Origin: Octopus sinensis
Lineage: Eukaryota
Reading direction: 5' to 3'
Length of the DNA stretch: 64,000 bases
Assembly (NCBI RefSeq): GCF_006345805.1
Contig: NC_042998.1
Location: 145,452,001 to 145,516,000, forward strand
Both the position numbers and the translations under genes were made by a program. The stretch's first letter is position 1, and each line of letters opens with the position of its first letter. Below, piece after piece: positions 42,241 through 54,107 of the stretch. The notes beneath the pieces are model-generated. The model was not told the origin of the DNA, ran no database searches, and was given only the letters and a program-made list of their open reading frames with translations.

Positions 42241-42905
42241 AGCAGTGGACACTGAAGTGTGGTCATTACAGTGTGGTCATTGCAGCATGGTCACTGCAGC
42301 GTAGTCTTTGCAGTAATATATATACCAGCATGAGACACTGCCACAGCCGACACAACACCGATAAACACAACGGCAGTGGACACTGCAGCAGCAGTAGATA
42401 CCACAGCAGTAGCAGACACTGAAGCTGTTAGTATTATAGTGTGGATACTGCAGCAATAGACTCTACAGCAGTAGATAACATAGCAGTGGACGCTGCAACA
42501 ATGGGCATAACATCGATAAACACAACGGCAGTAGGTATTGCAGTTGATACTGTTGAAGCAGAAATTCAGCAACAAACACCGCGGCAGCAGACATAGTAAG
42601 CAACAGTAGATTTAGAAACAGTAAATATTGCGGTAGTATACAACCAGCAGCAGCAGCAGCAATGCAGCAGTAGACAGCGCAGCAGTAGATACTACAGCAG
42701 TAGATATTACAGCAACAGACATTATAACAATATTAGACACTACTGCAGAAGTCATTATAGCAGTAGGTAATGCAGCAGTAGATACTGCAACAGTAGATAT
42801 CGCAGCAGTAGATATTGCAGCAGTAGACGTTCGAGCAGTAGATACTAGAGCAGTAGATATTGCAGAAATAGATAGCAGAGCAGTAGATATATGAGCAGTA
42901 GATAC
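42241..42905 (+). repeat. Degenerate 15-bp minisatellite, consensus GCAGTAGATACTGCA
   Basis: GCAGTAGAT recurs at 15-nt spacing, clearest at 42765-42905. Confidence 0.8.
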
Positions 42906-43249
42906 AACCAGTCACAGCTTAAGTCGTAGCAACAGCAACGATGGGTACACAATGACAACAAATATAGTAGACGTAGTAACAGTAGTAACAGCAATAATAA
43001 TCAGAGCAGTAGCAACAACAGCACTAGCAGCAGGTGTCACTACTGCAACAACAACAGCAGCAGTTACTGTAATTACATCTATGCTGTAATATTAATAGCA
43101 GCAGTAACACTACTCGTATTAGTCTATTTAAAGTAGCAGTAAAGTAGTAGTAGTAGTAGTAGTAGCAGCAGCAGCAGCACAGCAGCAGTCTACTTAGTGG
43201 GCAATTGTGCTATGCAAAGCTTTTGTGCCATCAGCAGGCCTTGTTTTAT

Positions 43250-43850
43250 TGGCACAATCATTAGAACATCGAACAAAACGTTTTGCAGCATTTTTCTTGG
43301 ATCTTTAAGATCGGAGTTCAAATCTCACTAAAGTCGACTTTGCTTTTTATCCTTTCGGAGCCGATGAAATTAATCCCCCGTCAGACGCCAGGATCGATGT
43401 TAACTCGTCCCTTGAAAATGATTGGCCTTGTACCGAAATTATAAGCAATTATTTTAGGCGAGACAGGGTTTAATTGGCAGAATCGGTAGACCGTCGGAAT
43501 AATGTCGGGTGATATATGTTCTGATTCTTCACGTTCTTGATACAAATCCTGGCGAGGTCAACGTTGCCTTCCACCCTTCTGGAGACGATAACAAAAAGTA
43601 CCATTCACTACTGGCCTCTCCCACCACCCCTTAAATTACAGGCCTTGTACTTATGTTAGAAACAATGATTATGTGATGTACATTAACCGGTAGAGCATCG
43701 GACAAAAGAGATTGCGGTAAATTAGTTACGTATTTTTACATTCTGAGTTCAAATCCTGCTATGGTTGACTACATCTTTCTTTCTCCGGTGGTTGATAAAA
43801 TAGCTAACTGTCAGTTATGATAAGCGCTAGCGATTCAACCCCAACACCGA
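43250..43850 (+). mobile_element. Three degenerate family A SINEs in tandem
   Basis: GAGTTCAAATCTCACTAAAGTCGACTTTGC; TGGCAGAATCGGTAG; TTCTGAGTTCAAATCC. Confidence 0.75.
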
Positions 43851-43865
43851 ATTATTACTTTCCAC

Positions 43866-44392
43866 AGCAAGGAGCTTGGGTGGTGGGAGTTGATCTAGCG
43901 AAACAGCTAAAGTTTCACACCTACGTTACTCAAACCTTGTTGAGACCAGATGTCGTCTTGGTTTCCAGGTTAACAAAATAACTAATCCTGCTGGACTTAA
44001 TTGTGTCCTGGGAGGAGAGGATGAAAGAGGTTCAAGAAGAGAAGAGAACCAAGTACCAGGAGTTGGTTGGAGGACTGCTGCAAAATGGGTGGAAAATATG
44101 GTGTTTGAAGGTTGGTATTTGAGGATTTATAGGTCAAAATATTGTTAGACTCACGGAACTCTGGATATCACAGGAACATACAGAAGAAGTGCCATCAAGA
44201 ATAACGTAGAGGCTACTGAAAAAAACGTCAGATGGCTCTGGCTGAAAAGAGTGATCGCAGATGATCAGTAGAATGCCGTTTGGACACAGGACTGGGGTTA
44301 ATCAACCTAGATCGGGTTTCCTGGATAAGGATGTATGCTGTAGGGCCCAGAACATCCAGTATCCTAGGATACAACACTGATGATGTGTCCAA
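43866..44392 (+). mobile_element. 3' end of a HERO-type RLE non-LTR retrotransposon
   Basis: LRPDVVLVS..LILLDL.VSWEERM...KYQELV...GW..EVG-like motif..RWLWLKR; 3' UTR ending CACTGATGATGTGTCC. Confidence 0.8.
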
Positions 44393-44919
44393 GTAGATAT
44401 ATGCTGAACTGGTCAATATTCTTTCCTAAAATGTGTTTCCCTGTGACTGCATTGCTGCATTCATGCCGATGTTTAGCTCCAGGCCATCCGCTATTTAGTT
44501 AAATAAAATAATGATCAAAGACATATCTGCCGTGACCATCTCGTCTTTTATTTGAACACAGTATAAACCAAACTATACAATCCAACGTGTCTAAAACAGT
44601 GGAGTGTTATATGACTGTCACTCGGTTCCTTCTTCTTGCAGATCGAGCGACTACAAAGAGACCCACTCGTAAGAGTGGGTTCATGTATTAGCTCAGGTAG
44701 TGCAATGTAGAGGGATGTCACATTACACTTGCCGCAGCATTTCGTTTCGCTTCTCTTGTTTTTTACTTCAAATCGCTGGGCATTATCTTCATTATTCTTA
44801 CGTCGTAAACCGATAAAATATATATATGTACCAGCAATATCGTAGGCTATTTGTAAAATGATAGGGCAAGAGAAAACAAACAAACAAATAAAACAACTTT
44901 TAACTTTTAGTTACACTCT

Positions 44920-45480
44920 ATTAAATTGTGCTTTCAGATCCTTCAGTGAACGATAAAATTATCACCGGGGAATCAATCGAATCGACTTGTCTTGGCACTA
45001 CAATTTGTGCCAAAGAGATTAGCAACACCAACAACTGCTACTACTAATGGTTTCTGATACAGGCATAAAGCCATTAATTTTGAGTGGAGGTGGTTAGTCG
45101 ATATCACCGATTCCAATACATGACTGGTACTTAATTTTTCTCGATCCAGGACGGAGGAAAAGCAAAACTGACCATGGTGGGATTTGAACTCAGAACGTAA
45201 AGAGCTGGATGAAACTCTGCAAGGCATTTTTGTGACTCTCTGAATGGTTCTGCCTGCTCAGGACTAGCAATTTTGAGGGAAGGGGTTTGTCGACACCACT
45301 GAATCCAGTATTTGACAGCTACTTTATTTAAGCGATTCCAAGACGACGAATGACAAAGTTGCCCGCGGTGGGATTTGAACTTAGAGTGTAAAGAGTCGGA
45401 AGAGATACCCCAAAACATTTTATGCGATGCTCTAAAGATTCTGGCAGTCCTTGAAAGCATAGGAATAATAAGTATACTAA
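44920..45480 (-). mobile_element. Chain of about 3 degenerate family A SINEs
   Basis: Repeated GGGATTTGAACT(C/T)AGA B-box complements. Confidence 0.75.
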
Positions 45481-45982
45481 TAAAGATAAGAATAATAACA
45501 GTAGTAGTAGTAGTATAGTAGTAGTAGTAGTAGTAGTAGTAGTAGGAGTAGTAGTAGTAAAGGAGATTGATGGGTCGCATGAATTATGGAGAAAAATGAT
45601 TTAAAAAAGTGAATAGAATTTGCTGTTATTGTTATTACTGTCACTGTACAAATGCAGTTATAGCCCTCCAGCGGATCCAGAGTAAAATATAAGCTGCTAT
45701 TTCAAGCAAACCGAGGAGATACCATACAGACTCTTTCATTGTTTCTCAATAAACATTTGTTCAAATTTCTGTTGTTATTGTTGTTTGTTGACGTAACAAG
45801 TTGCAACGTTCTCACAACAGCGATGTCTAATTCTGTATTGTTACTTTAGTTAATCCTGTTGCTTTAGTTATTGTTGCTATTGCTGTCGATCAAACAATAG
45901 CAATGTGGCGGATGCAAACAACTTAAGTCGACTGCATCACATTCGTTGATTTTCTGCGTTTTCTTTTTAATCGCAACACGAC

Positions 45983-46062
<80 letters not shown>

Positions 46063-46192
46063 GTGTGTGTGTATGTGTGTATGTAAGTGAGTGTGTGTGT
46101 GTGTGTATGTATGTGAATGTATGTATGTATATGTATGTGTGTGTATATATATGTATTTTATATATATATATACACGCATATATTTTCAATAT

Positions 46193-46234
46193 AACTGTCC
46201 GACGAATGGGAACGTGAAACTCTGAGTAACAGTT
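46193..46234 (+). ncRNA. Compact type I hammerhead ribozyme motif (CCGACGA core)
   Basis: AACUGU-CCGACGA-AUG(GGAA)CGU-GAAACU(CUG)AGUA/ACAGUU; 6-bp stem I, GNRA-capped stem II, GUA cleavage triplet. Confidence 0.72.
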
Positions 46235-46817
46235 TTGTGATAACTTTGCAGCTTTAATAACAGCACATTACTCTACCTTTGGTAGTCGCGTACTATTTTT
46301 TCAACCTTGTTTTGCGCATATGTGCAAACCTCTGTGTGTGTGTGTGTGTGTGTGTATATATTTATATATCTTTCGCATTGCAGCCATTGGAATGAAGCCT
46401 ACAAAGATTTCTCACCGATCATGTGTACCCCATGATATATTTCAGTCATAGGGATTTATTTATATCTTCACCGAACAGCTAAGTTGCAAGAATACATAAT
46501 ATACATATAAACGCAGACACTCCATCCATGCATAACATTTTTATATATAAACGTATGCCTAGGTACACTGTACCAAAAACCACTCGCTAACAATGAATAT
46601 GTATGACTTGGTAATATGTCCCATGCTTTCGCTAATTGTTTTTTTTTGGTAACTGTGTGGTTAAGAGCAGATATAGACCAGCTCTTAGCCTCCTCATTCT
46701 TGATCTAATGGAACATCCGGAATGTGACATCTGGAATGAGAGAGGAGAGAGAGAATGAGAGTGAGAGAGAGAGAGAGAAAAGTAAAGAGATAAGGAGAGA
46801 AAGAGTGAAAGAGGGTG

Positions 46818-47932
46818 CATTAGCTCTAAGCATAGTTTAAAATGTGTATTTTTGCACAACGAAAATGTGTATGGCTCTGTCCTACTCGGCCACTCAACAA
46901 CTCTGAAGAAAAAATATGAAGAAATTAAGTTGGTTTTAGAGAAGATACTGCATCATGATCATAAATAGGCCATCTGCGTTGACTTAAAGATGGTGAATTT
47001 TCTCATGGGACAGCAATCTGGTTATAACGAATACCCATGCTTTCTTTGCATGTGGGACAGCAAATCACTATGTTAAGAAAGACTGGCCGCCTCGAACAAA
47101 TATGGCTCCATGTAGCTGCCAATATATTGGAAGAACCTTTTGTTGAGCGAGACAAGATCATTTTGCTCCCTTTGCGCATTAAACTCGGATTGATCGAGCA
47201 ATTCATCAAAGCTCTTGACAAAAATGGGGAGTGCTTCAAGTATATCTGCAGTGTATTTCCAGATCTGAGGATTGAAAAACTTAAAGCAGGGATCTTTGAT
47301 GGACCACAGATCCGTAAGCTCTAGAAGGATTCAAATTTCGTGAAAACAATAAGCGAAAACGAAGCAACAGCTTGGCTAGCCTTTGCAGAAGTAGTGCAAA
47401 ATTTCCTTGGGAAACACAAAAGTGAAAACTTTAAAGACCTTGTTACCAACTTGATATCACCTTTTCGTGATATTGGCGCGAATAAGAGCATCAAAATGCA
47501 TTATCTTTTTAATCATCTTGATCGTTTTCTTGAAAATCCCGGAGATGTTAGCGATGAAAAAGGCGAACGATTCCATCAAGAGGTCAAGGAGATGGAAACT
47601 CGGCACCAAGGACATTGGGACGCTGTGATGATGGCAGATTATTTCTGGTGTTTAAAACGAGATACTCCTGTTGTTCAACATTCACGGTGCACAAAGAAGC
47701 GTAAATATATTCCTTGAATTTTCAGCCAAAAATCTTTGCGAATGTGCATTTTCAATTTTCCATTTTTATTTGTACTTTTTTTTTATTTTGTTACGCTCTC
47801 TTTATTGATTCATAGTATATGCCTCTTGTATGACTAAAATACTTACTCTATCAAGTCAAGTCAGAAAACTAGACTTGATAGAGAAAAACTGAAGTTATTT
47901 TTGAATTCAGCGGGCAAAATCACTGCCCAGTG
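46818..47932 (+). pseudogene. 3' half of a Chapaev3-like (CMC superfamily) transposase pseudogene with putative right terminus ...TGCCCAGTG
   Basis: VDLKMVNFLMGQQSG..YPCFLC (CxxC), LPLRIKLG, KLKAGIFDGPQIR, KMHYLFNH (Hx4H), GDVSDEKGERFHQ; family assignment from recall. Confidence 0.75.
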
Positions 47933-47934
47933 TT

Positions 47935-49450
47935 TTCTTCGCTTCTTTTTTTTTGCCATTTTATGATTTTCGCTCCATACCGAAGTAATGCTATCGCCCA
48001 CGTATTAACTGCTTGGATTTTATTCCATCCAGGCAATTTTGAGCGCAACACCAACCTCAGTCTTCGGAAATACTCCATCCTCAGTTGCTCTTTCACTTCC
48101 TTTCCCACTGTCTCGTTGAACTCTAGTACGCCAAAGTATTTATATCCTTCCGTTTCGATTTGTCTTATCAGGTCTCCGTTCGGTAATTCTATCCTTGCTA
48201 GGGACTGTATCTTACCTCTTTTTAGGTATATTATTCCGCACTTCTTGTGTCCGAATTCCATTCTAATATCAGTACTAAAACATTGAACCGTGTTCATCAT
48301 GGAACTCACTTGAGTCTCATATTTGCCATACAGTTTCAAATCATCCGTGAAGAGGAGGTGATTGATTGCTTGGGATTTTTCCTTTAGTTGGTACCCCAGG
48401 TTCATTTTCCTAAGAACCAAGGCCAGAGGTATAATGCAGAGAACAAAAAGCAATGGAGATTGGCTATCACCCTGGAAAATCCCTCTTCTGATACCCAGGA
48501 TGTTCAAGCTTTTTCCGTAAGATGTCACCCTCCCACCATACTTCTTTTCCAGAAACACGTTTCATTCCTCTCAATTCCAAACAGACCTGAACACTCGATG
48601 CTCCACGAATGTGGAATTATATCATAAGCTTTGCGATAATCAATCCAGGCCATTCTCAGATTTATTCTTCTTCGCTTACAATCTTGCATTAACATTTTCT
48701 CTATCAATTGTTGATCTTTGGTACCTTTGCATCTGTTATAGCCTTTTTGTTCGGGAGGTAACATATCGTTCTCATCCAGAAATTTCTGCAATTCCTCCTG
48801 ACAGTAACTTCCACATGAATGGGAGGCAGGAAATTAGTCTGTAATTGTCAGCAGCATTTCCCTTTGATGCATCCTTCAGGCACAACACTGTTCGTCCTTC
48901 TGTCAACCAACCCGGGATTTCTTCTTCGCCATTGATCAATGCATTAAATTGCTCTGCGTTCAATTTATGGCAACTACTGAACTTTTTTTTATCCAAAATC
49001 CCTGAACACCATCAGGTGATACTGCTTTGCAATTATCTTTTTACTAATATTTCTGATAATGTCTTCCGTGAAGTGGATAGCCTCTTGCTGGGGATAAGAA
49101 GCTGTTTGCTTCAGGCTGCAGAACCATTCAGCTGTATTATTATATTCTTGCTTACTCCATATCTTACCCCACAAAATTCGACTTTCATCAGGCACTAATC
49201 TTTCACGTTTTTTATCATCATTGATCAGTTGGTAAAATCTTTATTGGTCGATTCTAAACAATTTGTTTTGCAGGTATTGCTTAATACGTTGCTCAAACCT
49301 AGTTAGCTTTGCTTTTTTTTGCATGTGTGCACTACTTTAGTTCTTCAGTTATAACATTCAGGCCTTTTGTTTCTACACCATGAACCTTCCTAACTTTTTC
49401 GAATTTCCATTCATTCTTAAGTTCTCCATTTCTTTTTCTTATTGTTGTAG
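47935..49450 (-). mobile_element. R4/Dong LINE internal fragment containing the RT domain, truncated at both ends
   Basis: [41 protein letters not shown]; 5' end abuts (AAT)n on the minus strand. Confidence 0.92.
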
Positions 49451-49451
49451 T

Positions 49452-49462
49452 CATTATTATTA

Positions 49463-49527
<65 letters not shown>

Positions 49528-49599
49528 CATCATTATTATTATTATTATTTTATTATTATTATTATTATATTATTATTATTATTATTATTATTATTATCA

Positions 49600-49682
<83 letters not shown>

Positions 49683-49692
49683 GTTATTATTA
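49452..49692. repeat. Long (TAT)n microsatellite
   Basis: Direct reading. Confidence 0.95.
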
Positions 49693-50412
49693 TGTTGCCT
49701 AGGCAGAGCCATACAAATAACCTGGTGTCTTAATATAGTATGCATATGCTTCAGAACAAACCGCCAGTCGAGAACAGAGCAGTAATAAGAAATTAAATAA
49801 ATGACAAGGAAATAAGAAATAGCACCATGAACTTCATTAGTCTAGAAAATAGGGCAAATACCTCTAGAAGACGATAAAAACATGCCAGCAGACATATTTA
49901 CCCAATTTTCGAAGCTATTTTCACGGTTATCTCGTGCTCGAAATTTACTATCTCTTTCTCACTCTCTCGTCTATCTCTTTCTCTCTATATATAAACACCA
50001 CACACATACACACACAAACACACACACGCACACTCACACACACTCACTTACTCACTCATACGCACACTCACACACACACACTCACTCACTCACTCACTCA
50101 CTTACGCACTCACTTACACACACACTTATATATACGCGTGCACACACATATTCCAGTCGTTGACAAGTACAAAGAAGCAATATCTGGTCACTTAGAATAA
50201 AGAACTCGGAAAGAAATCTGAGAGTGAATAAATACGTTGTCGATAATCGTTAGTCCGACAAAATGTTCTTTCCTTCGCCCAAGGATCTTCTAGACCTTTT
50301 GTCGAAGACAAAGTATATTTTGTCGGAGTATTATCGATAACATGTTTAAATATATATTTGTGCGTGTGTGTATGTACATTTGCATGTATATATATGTATA
50401 TATGTATGTATG

Positions 50413-50446
<34 letters not shown>

Positions 50447-51539
50447 TGTATGTATGTATGTATTATGTATGTATGCATGTATACACATACACACACACAT
50501 ATTTTTTTAACATTTGGATCTGGAGTAGGGGTTAGTGACCATGGCATTCATAAGGTCATTCAGACAGAGGCTGACAATATTCCGTTTTAGCCATTCACAG
50601 TCGGCACCTATAGGAAAGATATATGAATAGTTGGATTTCCAGTGGGGTGAGAGATGAGGAAACCTGGGGAATAAGGACATGACATAACTGCTGACGCGGG
50701 GCCTGGATGAAATGGTGTGATTTGTAATTGGAGACTAGATCGATACATACATATGCACACACACACACACACATATATATATACGCACACACACATACAT
50801 ACATACATACATACATACATACATACATACATACATACATACATACATACATACATACATTGGGAATACAGCGGTTCGTTGCCTACGGACGGATATTTTA
50901 CATACTTCTAAATGCACGTATACACACACAAACACAAACACACAAAAATTCACGCACACACGCATACACATACTCAGACACATACACATAAACACACACA
51001 CACACACACACACACAAACTCACGCTTAGATGCAAATAGAAAGCCGTAACAATGACACGCATGTTGCACAGTCGAAGAAATACAAAGAAATGAGTTATAG
51101 ACAGGTGTGCGCGCATGCACACCTATAGATGTGTGTGCATGGGCCAGCGAAGTATTGTGTGCGTGTATACATATGTATACAAGAAAATATTGTATGATTG
51201 TGTGTATGTATATATATTTATATATAATATACACACAAATTTATGTATGTATATATATATAAAATTATGCATATGTCTATATATATATCTATATCTATCG
51301 TTCTATGTTGTGTGTGTCTGTGCGTGCGTGCGTGTGTACGTAATCTCAGATAAATGGAGCACTTACTCTCAAGTGAATATCAACATATACATACACATCT
51401 ACACACGCACACACATACAACACACGTGCGCGCGCATAAACATACACACAAAAACACACACGCATTTGCATACACAGGCACACGCACATAATCAGAGATA
51501 CACATACATACATACATACATGTATGTATATATGTATAT

Positions 51540-52870
51540 CTGTCGTTACTGTCTCGTTTTTTTTACCATTTCTTTACCATTTTTTACCCCTCTGCGAAAA
51601 GATCTCAGAATTTTAATTGATTTGCTTTTCGCAGGAAGGAAAGTTTCTTGTCGAAGATACGTCTCGCTTTTATCCTTCGAAACGTAGAGTAGATGAAACC
51701 TTAGCGACTGAAGAAGGGGTTTTTTCGTTGTGTTAACTGTCCTGTACTCCATTTTTTGTTGTTTTTAAAAAAATGTCCTGTTCCCTTGGTTTGTGTCTAT
51801 GTTTTCGTTTCTCTATGTGTTCGACGTCCCTTTGGTGTCCTGTACTCATATATGCGTGTATATGTACATGTAGAGGTAGGTACGTACATATATGTTTATA
51901 TATATGCATATGTTTTATTTCTTTTATTAATATATTATACGACTAAACACACGCACCCTCTTAAGTAAGATTGTTCTGTATATCAAGTTCGCCTTGATAT
52001 TAACTCTCACGCGCACTCTGCTCTTTCTTTCTTTCTTTCTTTCTTTCTATCCCATCCCCTTTCGTCTTTTTTCCCTCACTTAACTTGTCTCTTCCTCTCT
52101 CTCTCATTCTTCATTCTCTCTCTCCCCCTCACCATTCTTCATGGTCTCCTCGCACCATTCCCCTTCTTCTCTCCCTTCCTCTTGCTCCTCCTCCCCCATT
52201 CCCGTCGTCCATCTGCGACGATACTTCCGCCGTAACTGCTAACGGTCTTTCTCGCCCGCCTTTTAAGGCCACTGTACGACTTTTCCTGCTCTCTCGTCGT
52301 TCACAAAAAATTCAGCGTTTGCAATACTTTTTTCGTTCGGCGTCAACAGCCCAGCCCTTCTTATCTTGTTCTCCCTGTCCTGTTTTTTACTGTTATATAT
52401 ATTTTTTTACTGTTTACATATATATATTTTTTTACTGTTTATATTTTTGTACTGTCGTTACTGTCTCGTTTTTTTTACCATTTTTTTACCATTTTTTACC
52501 CCTCTGCGAAAAGATCTCAGAATTTTAATTGATTTGCTTTTCGCAGGAAGGAAGTTTCCTGAAGGTTGCTGAAGCAGCCTGAAGTTTCTTGTCGAAGATA
52601 CGTCTCGCTTTTATCCTTCGAAACGTAGAGTAGATGAAACCTTAGCGACTGAAGAAGGGTTTTTTTCGTTGTGTTAACTGTCCTGTACACCATTTTTAGT
52701 TGATTTTTAAAAAATGTCCTGTTCCTTTGGTTTGTGTCTATGTTTTCGTTTCTCTATGTGTTCGACGTCCCTTTGGTGTCCTGTACTCATATATGCGTGT
52801 ATATGTACATGTAGAGGTAGGTACGTACATATATGTTTATATATATGCATATGTTTTATTTCTTTTATTA

Positions 52871-52876
<6 letters not shown>
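51540..52876 (+). repeat. Direct repeat of about 400 bp (51540-51935 and 52452-52876) of a Penelope-like 3' segment plus flank
   Basis: About 95% identity; the second copy has 30 extra bp between GAAGTTTC direct repeats; Penelope assignment is tentative. Confidence 0.8.
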
Positions 52877-52920
<44 letters not shown>

Positions 52921-53224
52921 CATACATGCATACATACACGGACACACACAAACATGTACACACGTGTACACATATACATGTATGTATTAATGTCTGCATG
53001 TATGTATGTATGCATGAATGTATGTATGTAGAGATAAATCAATCAATAAATAGATTGACAGATAGATAGATAGATAGATAATACATACACCCATACATGG
53101 ATACATACATCCATACATTCATACATACATTCATGCATACATAGGTTTAGTGATGGAAACAAAAATAGAACTGGTTGTGTACACACACACACTCACACAT
53201 ACACACACACACATATATATTAAT

Positions 53225-53294
53225 TCTGTTAAAGGTTTCTGTCATTTGACTGCGGCTATTGAATGTAACCGGGCAACGCCGGGTATCTCTGCTA

Positions 53295-53295
<1 letters not shown>
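53225..53295 (+). mobile_element. Helitron 3' terminus
   Basis: CCGGGCAACGCCGGG hairpin followed 8 nt later by CTAG then T. Confidence 0.75.
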
Positions 53296-53351
<56 letters not shown>

Positions 53352-53523
53352 ATTAGGCGCAATGTAATACCATAAAGGAAAATTTCAATCGTTCCTAAAT
53401 ATGAGCGAGAGTGTCGGGACACATATATTGCTAGAAATAGATGTAGAATACTCTTGGTGCTTTAGGAAGAGCGCAAATGTATACACATACGCTAAGAGAC
53501 CGCCCTATGACCGAATCGAGAAT

Positions 53524-53577
53524 CTCTCAGATTAGACGTCTAGTTTCACTTATTTCCGTACGTTTCGTCAGTGAAAG
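53524..53577 (-). ncRNA. Type I hammerhead motif with intact core and long palindromic stem III
   Basis: CUUUCA-CUGACGA-A-AC...GU-GAAAC-UAGACGUCUA-AUC/UGAGAG; stem II weak. Confidence 0.6.
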
Positions 53578-54024
53578 TGCTCAATCGGCTCGTGTTGGCT
53601 AATTCCGCCAGTCCGTATATATGTATATACTATAGAAATAGATGATTGAGCAGAATGCTAATCCGTATGCAAAAAATAAATAAATAAATAAATAAATAAT
53701 AATAATAACACTTACGTCCAATATAATGACATAAAGGAAAGAGTTAATCGTCACTAAATGTGACTAAGGATGTCGAGACACCTACATTGCTAGAAACAGG
53801 AGTAAAATACCCCTGGTGCTGTAGTATGTATGTATGTATGTATGTATATTTATATAAAATTGATAATCTACAGAATTTACGGAGTGACTTATGAGCCGAG
53901 AGTTTCGTGCATTCGATAGGCTCCAGTAGACAAAGCTCTCGGCTCGTGAGTGAGTCAGTAATTTTTGCTGATTATGTATAAAATATATAGAGGGCCCGAC
54001 AGACAGACAGACAGACAGACAGAC

Positions 54025-54105
<81 letters not shown>

Positions 54106-54107
54106 TG

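Noticed and set aside
44377-44392. CTGATGA at the HERO 3' end as a hammerhead core
   Set aside because: No downstream stem II-GAAA; it is part of the element's terminal sequence
51640-51700. CTTCGAAACGTAGAG as the 3' half of a hammerhead
   Set aside because: No acceptable CUGANGA core could be placed without two or more indels
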